NCBI GenBank assembly: GCA_016214025.1
Contig: JACRPH010000003.1
Location: forward strand, 1,814-65,813
Length of the DNA stretch: 64,000 nucleotides
Reading direction: 5' to 3'
Source: Candidatus Woesearchaeota archaeon
Lineage (GTDB): Archaea > Nanobdellota > Nanobdellia > Woesearchaeales > GW2011-AR9
The position numbers and the translations under genes are program-made. This document shows, one piece after another, positions 9,378 through 17,418 of the stretch (position 1 is its first letter; each line of letters opens with the position of its first letter). The notes beneath the pieces were generated by a model. It made no database searches and was not told where the DNA came from. It worked only from the letters and a program-made list of their open reading frames with translations.

Positions 9378-9532
9378 CGGTGTGTGGGTTAGGGGTGGTA
9401 ATACTGATTAATTCGGCTTACGCCGCCGTCTCTAAAATCGAAAAGTGGCACCGGCAAGGTGTTTCTTTCGGAACTTTTGGGATGGTGGAAACGGCTGGAG
9501 AACGGTATAATTAAAAGGAGGGTTGAGAAAAA

Positions 9533-11932
9533 ATGGAAATAAAAAGATATGCAAAAAGATTGTTTGCTTTAGGCACGGGAGCATTAATGCTGGGTGCCAC
9601 GGCTATGGGTGCTATGGCCGCTGATTTGAAAGATTATCCGGCGTTCTTGGTGAAGGACGGCTCTTTCAATGGCTATATGGTAGTTGGTGAGAATGCTAAG
9701 CCAATTGATAACTTGGCTATGACTGACATTGCGGCAGGGATGAAATATAAGAAGGCAGCAGAGACGGCTACCACGACGGTGAGTGGAGAGGCTAAGAAAA
9801 TTGAGACTAGCACTGACAACTTTAATATAGGTGATGCTTTTAGTGATATACAGGCAGTTGACTTAGATTTTGAGGATTTGCCCACTACTTTAGCTAAAGG
9901 AACTTACATTAATGATGAAGGCTTAGAATATGACTTTGAACAGGAATTGGCATTTGAGTCTGGAGTGGGAGAATTTGCGTTGTTCTCAGACACAGATTAC
10001 AACGATAAAGAGCCAACTTTAGGAATGAAATTAACTAAAGGAACTGATTTTATAACTTACACGGTAGATTTTACCACCCAACCTTTAAGTGATGCGGGTT
10101 CTTCTGGGGCTCTGCCTGATTTTGAAGACACCTCCCTTAGTATTCTAGGAACAACTTATGATGTTATTGATGCCACTAACAGCTCCACGGACATAACCTT
10201 AACTTTGTTAGGCGGAGCTTTGAAAGACACTTTGTTGTTAGGAGAGAGTAAGACTTTTACGATTGGTGGGAAAGAATACAAAGTAGAAGTAACTTTTGTA
10301 GATGCGGATGATGGAGCTAAGTTTATAGTGAATGGAGAAGCTACTCCTACCCTTGCCGAAGGAATTACCCGAAAGCTTAAAGATGGAACTTTGATTGCAG
10401 TGAAAGAAGTTTTGACCTCCAGCAAAGAGTCTGTTGCAGACCGAGCAGAATTCTACTTAGGAGCTAAAAAGTTAGTCTTAGAGAACGGCGACGAGTTGGA
10501 AGTAGATGATGAAGACGTGGATGGAGTAACAGTAGCAGTTACCGCCTCAGCATCGGGATCTGATATAGCCATGAGTGATATCGTCTTAACATGGGCTCCA
10601 GATGATGATATGTTCATAACTGAAACGAGCAGCGCAGTGTTCCCCGTAGCCGATAGATTTTCGTTTGCATACAAAGGCTTTACCACCGCCGCCAAAGAAA
10701 AGATAACCATAGAGAATAATGGTGATGATGAGATGGCGTTGAACATACCCATTAAATCAGGAAATGCCGAGATTAAGTTATTGGCCTCCACAAATGAGGT
10801 GAACTTTACTTTGATTGGTGGAGCAGATTCTGATGAAGGGTTGAAGACGGTGGCTGGTGCTGCTGCAACTACAGTATGGAACGCCACGAGTCATGAGAAT
10901 ATGGTGGTGACATATATTTCGAGTGGGGCTACTGCGGGAGAGTCTTATCTACTAGAAATAACTAAAATAGACACTACTGACGGAGTAACCTTCAAAGATA
11001 GTGTGAGTAGTGCTAAGTGGGAGGATAAAAAGGCTGCAGACACGTTCAGCGTAGGCAGTGCAACTTTAACCATTAACAGCTTTAACGAAACTACTAATGT
11101 GGTTAACCTTACTGGTGGAGCTGCCACTTACTTTGACCGAGTGATAAGTGACGAAGGGATGACTTTTTACCTACCTATTGCAGGAGCTGCTCAATCAGGA
11201 GGGGGATATACAATTAACACTACCGCCGGAGCTGCAACCTGGATTTTGTATGGTAAAGAAGAAAATAACAATGCTGTTCTTGCAAATGGTAACTTGATAA
11301 ACATAACTATGGATGGCACTGGCGATGTAGAAGTTAGTGCTTTAGCTGGAGCAGGTACTGGTTACGAAATTGCCGATACTGAGGAGTACACGTATTACGT
11401 GACTAGCGCACTCGGAACAAAAGTATTGTTCGACCAAGAGCCCGACCAAGACACTATAGAAATGGAGTATCACGGAGAAGAATCCTATGGTAACTTCTAT
11501 GTGATGGGAAGTGGCGCCTCTACTTCAACTGTTGCTGAAGGCACCTGGACACCTGTAGCTATTGTCGATGCTACCAAGCTGGATAGCGAAGTGGCTGACT
11601 ACAAAGCACAGAACTTAATCGTTGTAGGTGGGCCTTGTGTGAACACCATTGCGGCTTCGTTATTGGGCAACCCCGCGGAGTGCACCACTGGATTTACCGC
11701 CGGAGTAGGCTTAGTGAAGCTGTTCGAGAACGGAGATAAAGTAGCGATGTTAGTAGCCGGATATACCGGAGATGACACCCGAGCCGCAGGCAAGTTTGTA
11801 GCTAACAAGTGGAAAGACTTATCGGGCAAAGAAGTTAACATCGAGACTGCCAGTGGAAGCATAACTACCGTAGCTAAAGTAGAAGCACCAGCAGTAGCAG
11901 CAGAAACACCTGCAGCAACGACCACAGGATAA
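9533..11932 (+). CDS. S-layer (surface layer) protein
   Basis: Signal peptide 'LFALGTGALMLGATAMGAMAADL'. The body is acidic and T/S/G/A-rich with no Cys until the C-terminal 'AQNLIVVGGPCVNTIAASLLGNPAEC' block, which is typical of euryarchaeal S-layer proteins. Followed by a T-tract. Confidence 0.65.
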   Translation: MEIKRYAKRLFALGTGALMLGATAMGAMAADLKDYPAFLVKDGSFNGYMVVGENAKPIDNLAMTDIAAGMKYKKAAETATTTVSGEAKKIETSTDNFNIGDAFSDIQAVDLDFEDLPTTLAKGTYINDEGLEYDFEQELAFESGVGEFALFSDTDYNDKEPTLGMKLTKGTDFITYTVDFTTQPLSDAGSSGALPDFEDTSLSILGTTYDVIDATNSSTDITLTLLGGALKDTLLLGESKTFTIGGKEYKVEVTFVDADDGAKFIVNGEATPTLAEGITRKLKDGTLIAVKEVLTSSKESVADRAEFYLGAKKLVLENGDELEVDDEDVDGVTVAVTASASGSDIAMSDIVLTWAPDDDMFITETSSAVFPVADRFSFAYKGFTTAAKEKITIENNGDDEMALNIPIKSGNAEIKLLASTNEVNFTLIGGADSDEGLKTVAGAAATTVWNATSHENMVVTYISSGATAGESYLLEITKIDTTDGVTFKDSVSSAKWEDKKAADTFSVGSATLTINSFNETTNVVNLTGGAATYFDRVISDEGMTFYLPIAGAAQSGGGYTINTTAGAATWILYGKEENNNAVLANGNLINITMDGTGDVEVSALAGAGTGYEIADTEEYTYYVTSALGTKVLFDQEPDQDTIEMEYHGEESYGNFYVMGSGASTSTVAEGTWTPVAIVDATKLDSEVADYKAQNLIVVGGPCVNTIAASLLGNPAECTTGFTAGVGLVKLFENGDKVAMLVAGYTGDDTRAAGKFVANKWKDLSGKEVNIETASGSITTVAKVEAPAVAAETPAATTTG

Positions 11933-11944
11933 GCCAATAAAGGC

Positions 11945-11967
11945 TTTTTTTTCTTTATTTTTTTTAG
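11945..11967 (+). terminator. Oligo-T tract after the S-layer gene
   Basis: 'cttttttttctttattttttttag' immediately after TAA. Archaeal RNAP terminates on oligo-T runs. Confidence 0.45.
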
Positions 11968-12047
11968 TTTTTCTTCTCAAGTGATTTTAGCCAAACTTCC
12001 CGAGTTAGTAAAGTATTTAAAAGAGAGGAATAATATCTAGAAATAAA

Positions 12048-13250
12048 ATGCCACTTCCAATAAACGCAAAACAATTAATTGAAGAGCACTTAATCGAATC
12101 CGAAAGAATTGAATTAAAAGAAGGATTTAACCCCGAAGCGATAATTCATACTATGTGCGCCTTTGCCAATGATTTCAATAATTGGGGTGGAGGCTATATC
12201 ATTATTGGCGTTGATGACAAAAAAAGGATAATTGGGATAATTGAAACCCAAATCGATTCAATTATGAAAAAAATAGTAGAATTGTCCAATAAGATTCAAC
12301 TGCCGTATTATCCTATTGTTGAGCCAACAAAATACAATAAGAAAAATATTTTAATTTTGTACTGCCCTGGCGGACCTGCAAGGCCGTATAAAGCACCCCA
12401 AGAATTAGGAAGCAGATTTGAGTATAAATATTACATCAGGCACTCGGCTTCAACGGTTATTGCAAATAGAGACGAAGAAAAAGAACTTATAAGCATGTCC
12501 AACCAGATCCCTTATGATGATCAAATAAACCAAAAAGCATCGCTCAGTGATTTAAATCTACGACTGATCAAATCATATTTGCATGATATTAATTCGAAAT
12601 TAGATGCCAACTTATTAAGTTTTAATGAGCTTTGCAGAAGCCTTAATATTGTTGAAGGTCCTAATGAAATGATAAAGCCCAAAAACATAGGGCTGTTATT
12701 CTTCTCTAATGAGCCGGAAAGATACATTAGAACGCCGTGGATAGAGATTACAGTATTCCAAGATAAAATAGGAGATAAATTTAGAGAAGAGAAGTTTTTA
12801 GGGCCAATTCAGAATCAAATCATATCTGCTTTGCAGTATATAAAAAATACAGTAATACAAGAACAAGTTATCAAAGTGCCAAATAAAGCCCAAGCCGTAA
12901 GATTCTTTTCATATCCATATACTGCAATTGAAGAAGCATTAGTTAATGCAGTTTATCATAAGAGTTATGAAATAGATGCTCCGATTGAAGTAAGAATTGA
13001 ACTCGACCGAATAGATATCATTAGTTACCCTGGTCCTCTTCCTCCATTGAATAAAGACAATATTAACGATGCTATCGTAATTTCTAAACGATATAGAAAT
13101 AGAAGAATTGGCGATTTTTTAAAGGAATTAAAGCTTACAGAAGGAAAGAATACGGGATTTAGAAAAATAAGAAACGCGATGGAAGTCAATGGCTCACCTG
13201 CGCCAATATTTATTACAGATGACGAAAGAGTCCAGTTTATTACAAGTTAA
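12048..13250 (+). CDS. AlbA_2 plus HATPase_c_4 protein (second paralogue; wHTH tail detached)
   Basis: 'LIEEHLIESERIELKEG', 'IEEALVNAVYHKSY' and 'ISYPGPLP'. It ends 'ERVQFITS*' five nt after the 141-bp repeat. Confidence 0.8.
   Translation: MPLPINAKQLIEEHLIESERIELKEGFNPEAIIHTMCAFANDFNNWGGGYIIIGVDDKKRIIGIIETQIDSIMKKIVELSNKIQLPYYPIVEPTKYNKKNILILYCPGGPARPYKAPQELGSRFEYKYYIRHSASTVIANRDEEKELISMSNQIPYDDQINQKASLSDLNLRLIKSYLHDINSKLDANLLSFNELCRSLNIVEGPNEMIKPKNIGLLFFSNEPERYIRTPWIEITVFQDKIGDKFREEKFLGPIQNQIISALQYIKNTVIQEQVIKVPNKAQAVRFFSYPYTAIEEALVNAVYHKSYEIDAPIEVRIELDRIDIISYPGPLPPLNKDNINDAIVISKRYRNRRIGDFLKELKLTEGKNTGFRKIRNAMEVNGSPAPIFITDDERVQFITS
13105..13245 (+). repeat. Left copy of a perfect 141-bp direct repeat (3' end of the AlbA_2/HATPase_c_4 gene)
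   Basis: Base-for-base identical to 17419-17559 when read out by hand ('gaattggcgatttttt...gtttattacaa'). Confidence 0.95.
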
Positions 13251-13434
13251 ATCAGAGATCATATTTGGCTTTATTAGATTGAATCCAAAATGTAAAAGGG
13301 CAGATATTGAAAAAAGCACGAAAATTCCTCTTGGAACACTAAAACGATATTTGCAGGAATTAATAAACCAAGGCAGGATTAAAAAAGTCGGACCTGATAA
13401 AACCGGAGGCTATATCACGAGTCCCAGAGAGTGA
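13189..13434 (+). CDS. Detached wHTH domain, out of frame with 12048..13250
   Basis: 'IFGFIRLNPKCKRADIEKSTKIPLGTLKRYLQELINQGRIKKV' resembles the C-terminal wHTH of the 7745..9127 paralogue. The informative part starts right after the repeat edge at 13246. Confidence 0.4.
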   Translation: MAHLRQYLLQMTKESSLLQVKSEIIFGFIRLNPKCKRADIEKSTKIPLGTLKRYLQELINQGRIKKVGPDKTGGYITSPRE

Positions 13435-13467
13435 AAATAATGAACAGAATTTCAAAAATAGCAGCAA

Positions 13468-13563
13468 CTATACTCGATGACATAAATTTTTATACAAAAG
13501 AGTATGTCATCTCCTAATAAGTAAGTGACATTTTGTACAAAAACTAATGTCACTTACTATATT
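13468..13563 (+). promoter_or_regulatory. Repeat element R copy 1: 12-bp inverted repeat next to a TATA-like box, upstream of the Bro-N gene
   Basis: 'agtaagtgacat' (13520-13531) and 'atgtcacttact' (13547-13558), followed by 'atatttatgg'. The ~96-bp element recurs at 16142-16237. Confidence 0.6.
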
Positions 13564-13584
13564 TATGGAAAGGTTTGATGAAAA

Positions 13585-14445
13585 ATGAACTCAGAAAACG
13601 CTTTAATTGTCTTTGAAGGCAAGAATATCCGTAGATTATGGCACAAAGATGAATGGTATTTCTCCATTATAGACATTGTAGCCGTTTTAACTGATAGCTC
13701 CATACCAAAAAGGTACTGGTCTGACTTAAAAGCTAAGCTTCTGGAAGAAGGATTTGAATCGTACGATAAAATCGTACAGTTGAAAATGCCCGCAGAAGAT
13801 GGTAAATTTAGGGAAACTGACAGTGCCAATACAGAAACCATGTTTAGAATAGTCCAATCTATCCCCTCTCCCAAAGTCGAACCATTCAAAAGATGGCTGG
13901 CTCAAGTTGGCTATGAGAGAATCCAAGAAATTGAAAATCCAGAATTAGCACAGGATCGGGCTAAAGGATATTATGAGCTTAAAGGCTACCCTAAAAGCTG
14001 GATTGATAAGCGGTTGAGAGGGATTGCCATAAGGCAGGAATTAACTGATGAATGGAAAAAGAGAGGCATTGAAGAACAGAGAGAATACGCCATTTTAACC
14101 AATGAAATTTCTCAGGCTACTTTTGGAGTACCCATAAAGATTCACAAGGAGATAAAAGGGCTTGAACCAAAATTCAAAAATCAAAATCTGAGAGATCACA
14201 TGACGGACTTAGAGCTTATCTTTTCAATGCTTGGTGAAAGGCTTACTACTGAAGCAACTCGTAAAAAAGATGCCGATGGCTTTGCAGAAGGGTTAGAAGC
14301 AGCCAATGAGGGTGGTACCGTTGCTGGAAGAGCTCGCCGGGATGCCGAAAGAACATTCGGAATTAAAGTTGTTTCTCCAGAAAATTACTTGGATTTAACT
14401 AAAAAGAAAAGAATCGGAAAAGAAACAAATAATAAAAATAGCTAA
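13585..14445 (+). CDS. Bro-N domain protein (prophage antirepressor-like)
   Basis: 'LIVFEGKNIRRLWHKDEWYFSIIDIVAVLTDS...YWSDLKAKL' and 'FKRWLAQVGYERIQEIENPE' match the Bro-N family pattern. Confidence 0.7.
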   Translation: MNSENALIVFEGKNIRRLWHKDEWYFSIIDIVAVLTDSSIPKRYWSDLKAKLLEEGFESYDKIVQLKMPAEDGKFRETDSANTETMFRIVQSIPSPKVEPFKRWLAQVGYERIQEIENPELAQDRAKGYYELKGYPKSWIDKRLRGIAIRQELTDEWKKRGIEEQREYAILTNEISQATFGVPIKIHKEIKGLEPKFKNQNLRDHMTDLELIFSMLGERLTTEATRKKDADGFAEGLEAANEGGTVAGRARRDAERTFGIKVVSPENYLDLTKKKRIGKETNNKNS

Positions 14446-14460
14446 ATTCTCTTGCAACCT

Positions 14461-14530
14461 CAGCAGAAACACCAGCTGTAACTGAATAAGCCGTTAAGGC
14501 TTTTTTTCTTTATTTTTTAAGTTTTTTCTA
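14461..14530 (+). repeat. Copy of the extreme 3' end plus T-tract terminator of the S-layer gene
   Basis: 'cagcagaaacaccagctgtaactgaataagccgttaaggctttttttctttatttttt' versus 11898-11975 'cagcagaaacacctgcagcaacgaccacaggataagccaataaaggcttttttttctttatttttttt'. Confidence 0.7.
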
Positions 14531-14562
14531 AAGAAACATTTTTAAAGAAGCCAATCAATTCC

Positions 14563-14916
14563 TTGTTTATGATAAAAGATGCAGAACTCTTCTTCAAGGT
14601 ATATTCTGGTTTGCCTTTAGGAGAGAGAAAAACCACCATTGCGGTAATAAACAATCAGCCCATTAACTGGAATTTAGCTTATGAAGAAATAAGCAATGAA
14701 ACAGTGTTAGGAAAGAGAATATTAAACACCCTAAAGAGGTTATTGAAAGGCAACAGTGCAAAAGAATCGGTAGAAAAAGCAAAGTCGCTTATGAAGCGGA
14801 ACATATCTAAGTTAAGAACTGATACTTCGCCCGATGCCAAAGATTATGTTCTTTTTTTGTTTAACAATTACTTAGCTCTGTCGTTATTCGGGGATGCCCA
14901 GAAGAAAATACAATAG
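14563..14916 (+). CDS. Small hypothetical protein, N-terminal domain paralogous to 16320..16526
   Basis: Shared pattern 'LP...IAVI..(P).W....EI......GK(R/K)IL..LK.L' with the 68-aa protein. ATG at 14569 is an alternative start. Confidence 0.45.
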   Translation: MFMIKDAELFFKVYSGLPLGERKTTIAVINNQPINWNLAYEEISNETVLGKRILNTLKRLLKGNSAKESVEKAKSLMKRNISKLRTDTSPDAKDYVLFLFNNYLALSLFGDAQKKIQ

Positions 14917-15005
14917 TAGTCGGTGTGTTGCATCAGTAACATGAGGAGACCGCGGTCAAATTTAGCACCAGTAGTAGAAGTCTCAGTTGTAGCAGAAGTA
15001 AGCTG
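14895..15005 (+). repeat. Highly degenerate S-layer gene 3' remnant (LIVVGG segment fused to the tail)
   Basis: 'aatagtagtcggtg' resembles 'aatcgtagtcggtg' at 16117-16130. 'gcaccagtagtagaagtctcagttgtagcagaagtaagc' resembles the S-layer tail 'gcaccagcagtagcagcagaaacacctgcagcaacg'. Confidence 0.35.
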
Positions 15006-15053
15006 GGTAAAAAATTTGATTATTATGGAAAAATGTAAAGATGCTCTTGAAAA

Positions 15054-16076
15054 ATGACCAAAGAACTTGCCATAAAAGACGAAACTAGAGAGTTCTTACT
15101 TTACACTACCCCTAACGGAAAAGTAAAAGTGGAAATATTTCTGCACAACGAAAACATCTGGCTCACTCAGGAAAAAATAGCGTTGTTATTTGGTGTACAA
15201 AGGCCTGCAATAACCAAGCACTTAAAAAACATCTTTGAGAGCAAAGAATTGATAGAACAGTCAGTTAGTTCCATTTTGGAACATACTGCCCAAGACGGTA
15301 AGAAATACCTAACCAAATATTACAATCTCGATGCCATCATTTCCGTAGGATACAGAGTCAATTCGACACAAGCAACCCAATTTCGCATCTGGGCGACTGA
15401 AAAGCTCAAAGAGTATATTATCAAAGGGTTTACTATGGATGATGAAAGACTCAAAAATCCGAATAATGTGTTTGGGAAAGATTTCTTTGAAGAACAATTA
15501 GCTCGGATAAGAGATATTCGATCCAGCGAACGCCGTTTTTATCAAAAAATAACTGATATCTATGCCCAATGCAGTGCAGATTATGACCCCAACAGTGAAA
15601 TTACACAACGATTTTTTGCAATTGTACAAAATAAGCTGCATTGGGCAATCAGCCGCCAAACCGCAGCCGAAATTATCTACTCTCGTGCTGATAGTGAAAA
15701 ACAAAACATGGGTTTGACTAACTGGAAAAATGCCCCTAAAGGACAAATACGGAAATTTGATGTAAGCATTGCAAAAAATTATTTAAACGAAGAAGAACTC
15801 AGCCAACTCAATCGCATTGTTTCGATGTACTTGGATTATGCAGAAATGCAGGCAAATAATCGGAAAATAATGACCATGAAAGACTGGGTCATTAAATTAG
15901 ATGCATTTTTACAATTCAATGAGAAAGATATTCTAACTAATACCGTAACAGTAACGGCTGAGATCGCAAAACAATTTGCAGAAACAGAATTTGAAAGATA
16001 TAAAGTAGTGCAAGATAAGTTGTTTGAATCTGATTTTGACCAAGCCGCTAAAAAACTATTAAAACAAGCTGGATAG
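15054..16076 (+). CDS. RhuM family protein
   Basis: 'VKVEIFLHNENIWLTQEKIALLFGVQRPAITKHLKNIFESKEL' and 'YYNLDAIISVGYRVNSTQATQFRIWATEKLKEYIIKGF' are the canonical RhuM pattern. Confidence 0.8.
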   Translation: MTKELAIKDETREFLLYTTPNGKVKVEIFLHNENIWLTQEKIALLFGVQRPAITKHLKNIFESKELIEQSVSSILEHTAQDGKKYLTKYYNLDAIISVGYRVNSTQATQFRIWATEKLKEYIIKGFTMDDERLKNPNNVFGKDFFEEQLARIRDIRSSERRFYQKITDIYAQCSADYDPNSEITQRFFAIVQNKLHWAISRQTAAEIIYSRADSEKQNMGLTNWKNAPKGQIRKFDVSIAKNYLNEEELSQLNRIVSMYLDYAEMQANNRKIMTMKDWVIKLDAFLQFNEKDILTNTVTVTAEIAKQFAETEFERYKVVQDKLFESDFDQAAKKLLKQAG

Positions 16077-16143
16077 CGAAGTGGCTGACTACAAAGCACA
16101 AAACTTAATCGTAGTCGGTGGATCTGGCGTGAGCACCGTAGCT
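16065..16143 (+). repeat. S-layer gene fragment (encodes KLDSEVADYKAQNLIVVGG...)
   Basis: The 35-nt run 'caagctggatagcgaagtggctgactacaaagcaca' is identical to 11575-11609, then diverges. The RhuM stop codon lies inside this fragment. Confidence 0.85.
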
Positions 16144-16237
16144 ATACTCGATGACATAAATAATTATACAAAATAGTATGTCATCTCCTAATAAGTAAGT
16201 GACACGACGTATAAAAATTAATGTCACTTACTATAAA
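16142..16237 (+). promoter_or_regulatory. Repeat element R copy 2, upstream of the three-gene cassette
   Basis: 'ctatactcgatgacataaat...' with the 11-bp inverted repeat 'agtaagtgaca' (16194-16204) and 'tgtcacttact' (16222-16232), followed by 'ataaatacc'. Confidence 0.6.
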
Positions 16238-16319
16238 TACCACACTCCCCTGAAAGGTGTAAATCACAAAGAAGAATTTGTTCAACGAAAGCTTTATTAA
16301 AAACACTTCATTTTAGCTC

Positions 16320-16526
16320 TTGATGACAGGTGACGACTATACCATTCTCCGAACAAAGTTTCTGAAAGCATTTGCTAATCTCCCGGAAAAAGCAAAATCA
16401 GAAGAGGTTATAGCAGTTATAGATGAGAAACCTTACACCTGGATTGCTGCTACTATAGAAATTAAGAGTGAATCAGCGACAGGAAAAAAAATATTACTAA
16501 TCCTTAAAGAATTAGGCGTCCTATGA
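16320..16526 (+). CDS. Small protein (68 aa), first gene of a coupled three-gene cassette
   Basis: ATG at 16323. The stop overlaps the next start as ATGA (16523-16526). Paralogue of the 14563..14916 N-terminal domain. Confidence 0.5.
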   Translation: MMTGDDYTILRTKFLKAFANLPEKAKSEEVIAVIDEKPYTWIAATIEIKSESATGKKILLILKELGVL

Positions 16527-16750
16527 ATGAAAAAATATCCCGTGAATTGAAAAAAATTGTACTTTGGAGATTAGACACAATTCCCCCTAACTTTAAATTA
16601 TCTATCGGTAATGAGGGCACTTTTACCAAAGAAGAATTGAGACAACACGTAGAAAAAGAGGATCAAATTGGGGTGACTTTTGCTAAAATGCAGCTTAATT
16701 TTATGAAAGCATTAGCCAGCGGTGAATTCTCCAAGACATTATCTGAATGA
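16523..16750 (+). CDS. Small protein (75 aa), second gene of the cassette
   Basis: ATGA overlaps at both ends (16523-16526 and 16747-16750). No motif recognised. Confidence 0.5.
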   Translation: MNEKISRELKKIVLWRLDTIPPNFKLSIGNEGTFTKEELRQHVEKEDQIGVTFAKMQLNFMKALASGEFSKTLSE

Positions 16751-17400
16751 AAACAATCATTACCATGCCGAACTATGATGATGCCACTGCTTACCTTTAT
16801 TGCTATGCTGAAGAATTGGTAAAATTTGCAGAAGAGAAAAATATCCTGATGAGTCAGTTAAAACGTCCAAGATTACGGAGAAATATTCTGGAAGAAAGCA
16901 TACAAAAGCAAAACCCCCCGCTGCTTCTCTTTAATGCGCATGGCGATGAAATTACAATTTATGGCGACAAAATTGAGGGGGAAGAAGAGTATCTTATTCA
17001 AGAGGGAGAGAACCACCAACTTCTTACAGGAAAATTAACCTATGCCAGAGCGTGTAGCGCAGCGGCTTCACTTGGAAAAGCATGCACGCAGAAAGATGGC
17101 TGTTTCATCGGCTACAATCAGCCATTTAGTTTCTGGACAGATACAAGTAGAACGACCACGCCATTAAAAGATAAAGTTGCACAGCTCTTTCTCCAACCTT
17201 CCAATGAATTAGCACTTGCTCTCCTTCGTGGTAAGAGTGCACGTGAAGCAGCAGATACTTTTCTCAATATGTCAAAGAAAAATATTCTCCATCTGCTGGC
17301 GAAACAAGATGAACCCGGAGCAATGGCTTCTGCAATGCTTCTTTGGAATAACATGATGGCACAAGAAGTTCTTGGAAACGAAGAAATGAGATGTTCTTAA
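16747..17400 (+). CDS. Caspase/CHAT-like (clan CD fold) protein, tentative
   Basis: A strand-His-Gly element 'PLLLFNAHGDE' is followed about 45 aa later by a strand-Ala-Cys element 'KLTYARACSAAASLG'. This spacing and order match the clan CD His/Cys dyad. Confidence 0.4.
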   Translation: MKTIITMPNYDDATAYLYCYAEELVKFAEEKNILMSQLKRPRLRRNILEESIQKQNPPLLLFNAHGDEITIYGDKIEGEEEYLIQEGENHQLLTGKLTYARACSAAASLGKACTQKDGCFIGYNQPFSFWTDTSRTTTPLKDKVAQLFLQPSNELALALLRGKSAREAADTFLNMSKKNILHLLAKQDEPGAMASAMLLWNNMMAQEVLGNEEMRCS

Positions 17401-17418
17401 CTGTTAAAACGCCTGGGC

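Larger units (their letters stand above)
13246..17418 (+). mobile_element. 4.2-kb accessory island bounded by 141-bp direct repeats (integration or recombination scar; no integrase seen)
   Basis: Lies between identical repeats 13105-13245 and 17419-17559. Cargo is Bro-N, RhuM and small-protein cassettes, all on the + strand. Confidence 0.5.

Noticed and set aside
9130-9532. RNase P RNA or SRP (7S) RNA in the GC-richer gap before the S-layer gene
   Set aside because: I found no 'GAGGAAAGUCC'-type CR-I element and no SRP helix-8 'GGAAG...AGCA' motif. A leader or unknown small RNA remains possible.
9673-11937. Antisense ORFs inside the S-layer gene (9673..9885, 10156..10425, 10453..10887, 10945..11127, 11599..11937)
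   Set aside because: They lie fully within and opposite a long gene with clear signal peptide and S-layer features. Their low-complexity Ser/Ala/Val-rich translations are typical of antisense artefacts.
13246-17418. Calling the 141-bp-bounded island a prophage, plasmid or IS element
   Set aside because: No integrase, transposase, capsid, terminase or replication gene was recognised in it. It is reported only as an island with integration-like repeats.
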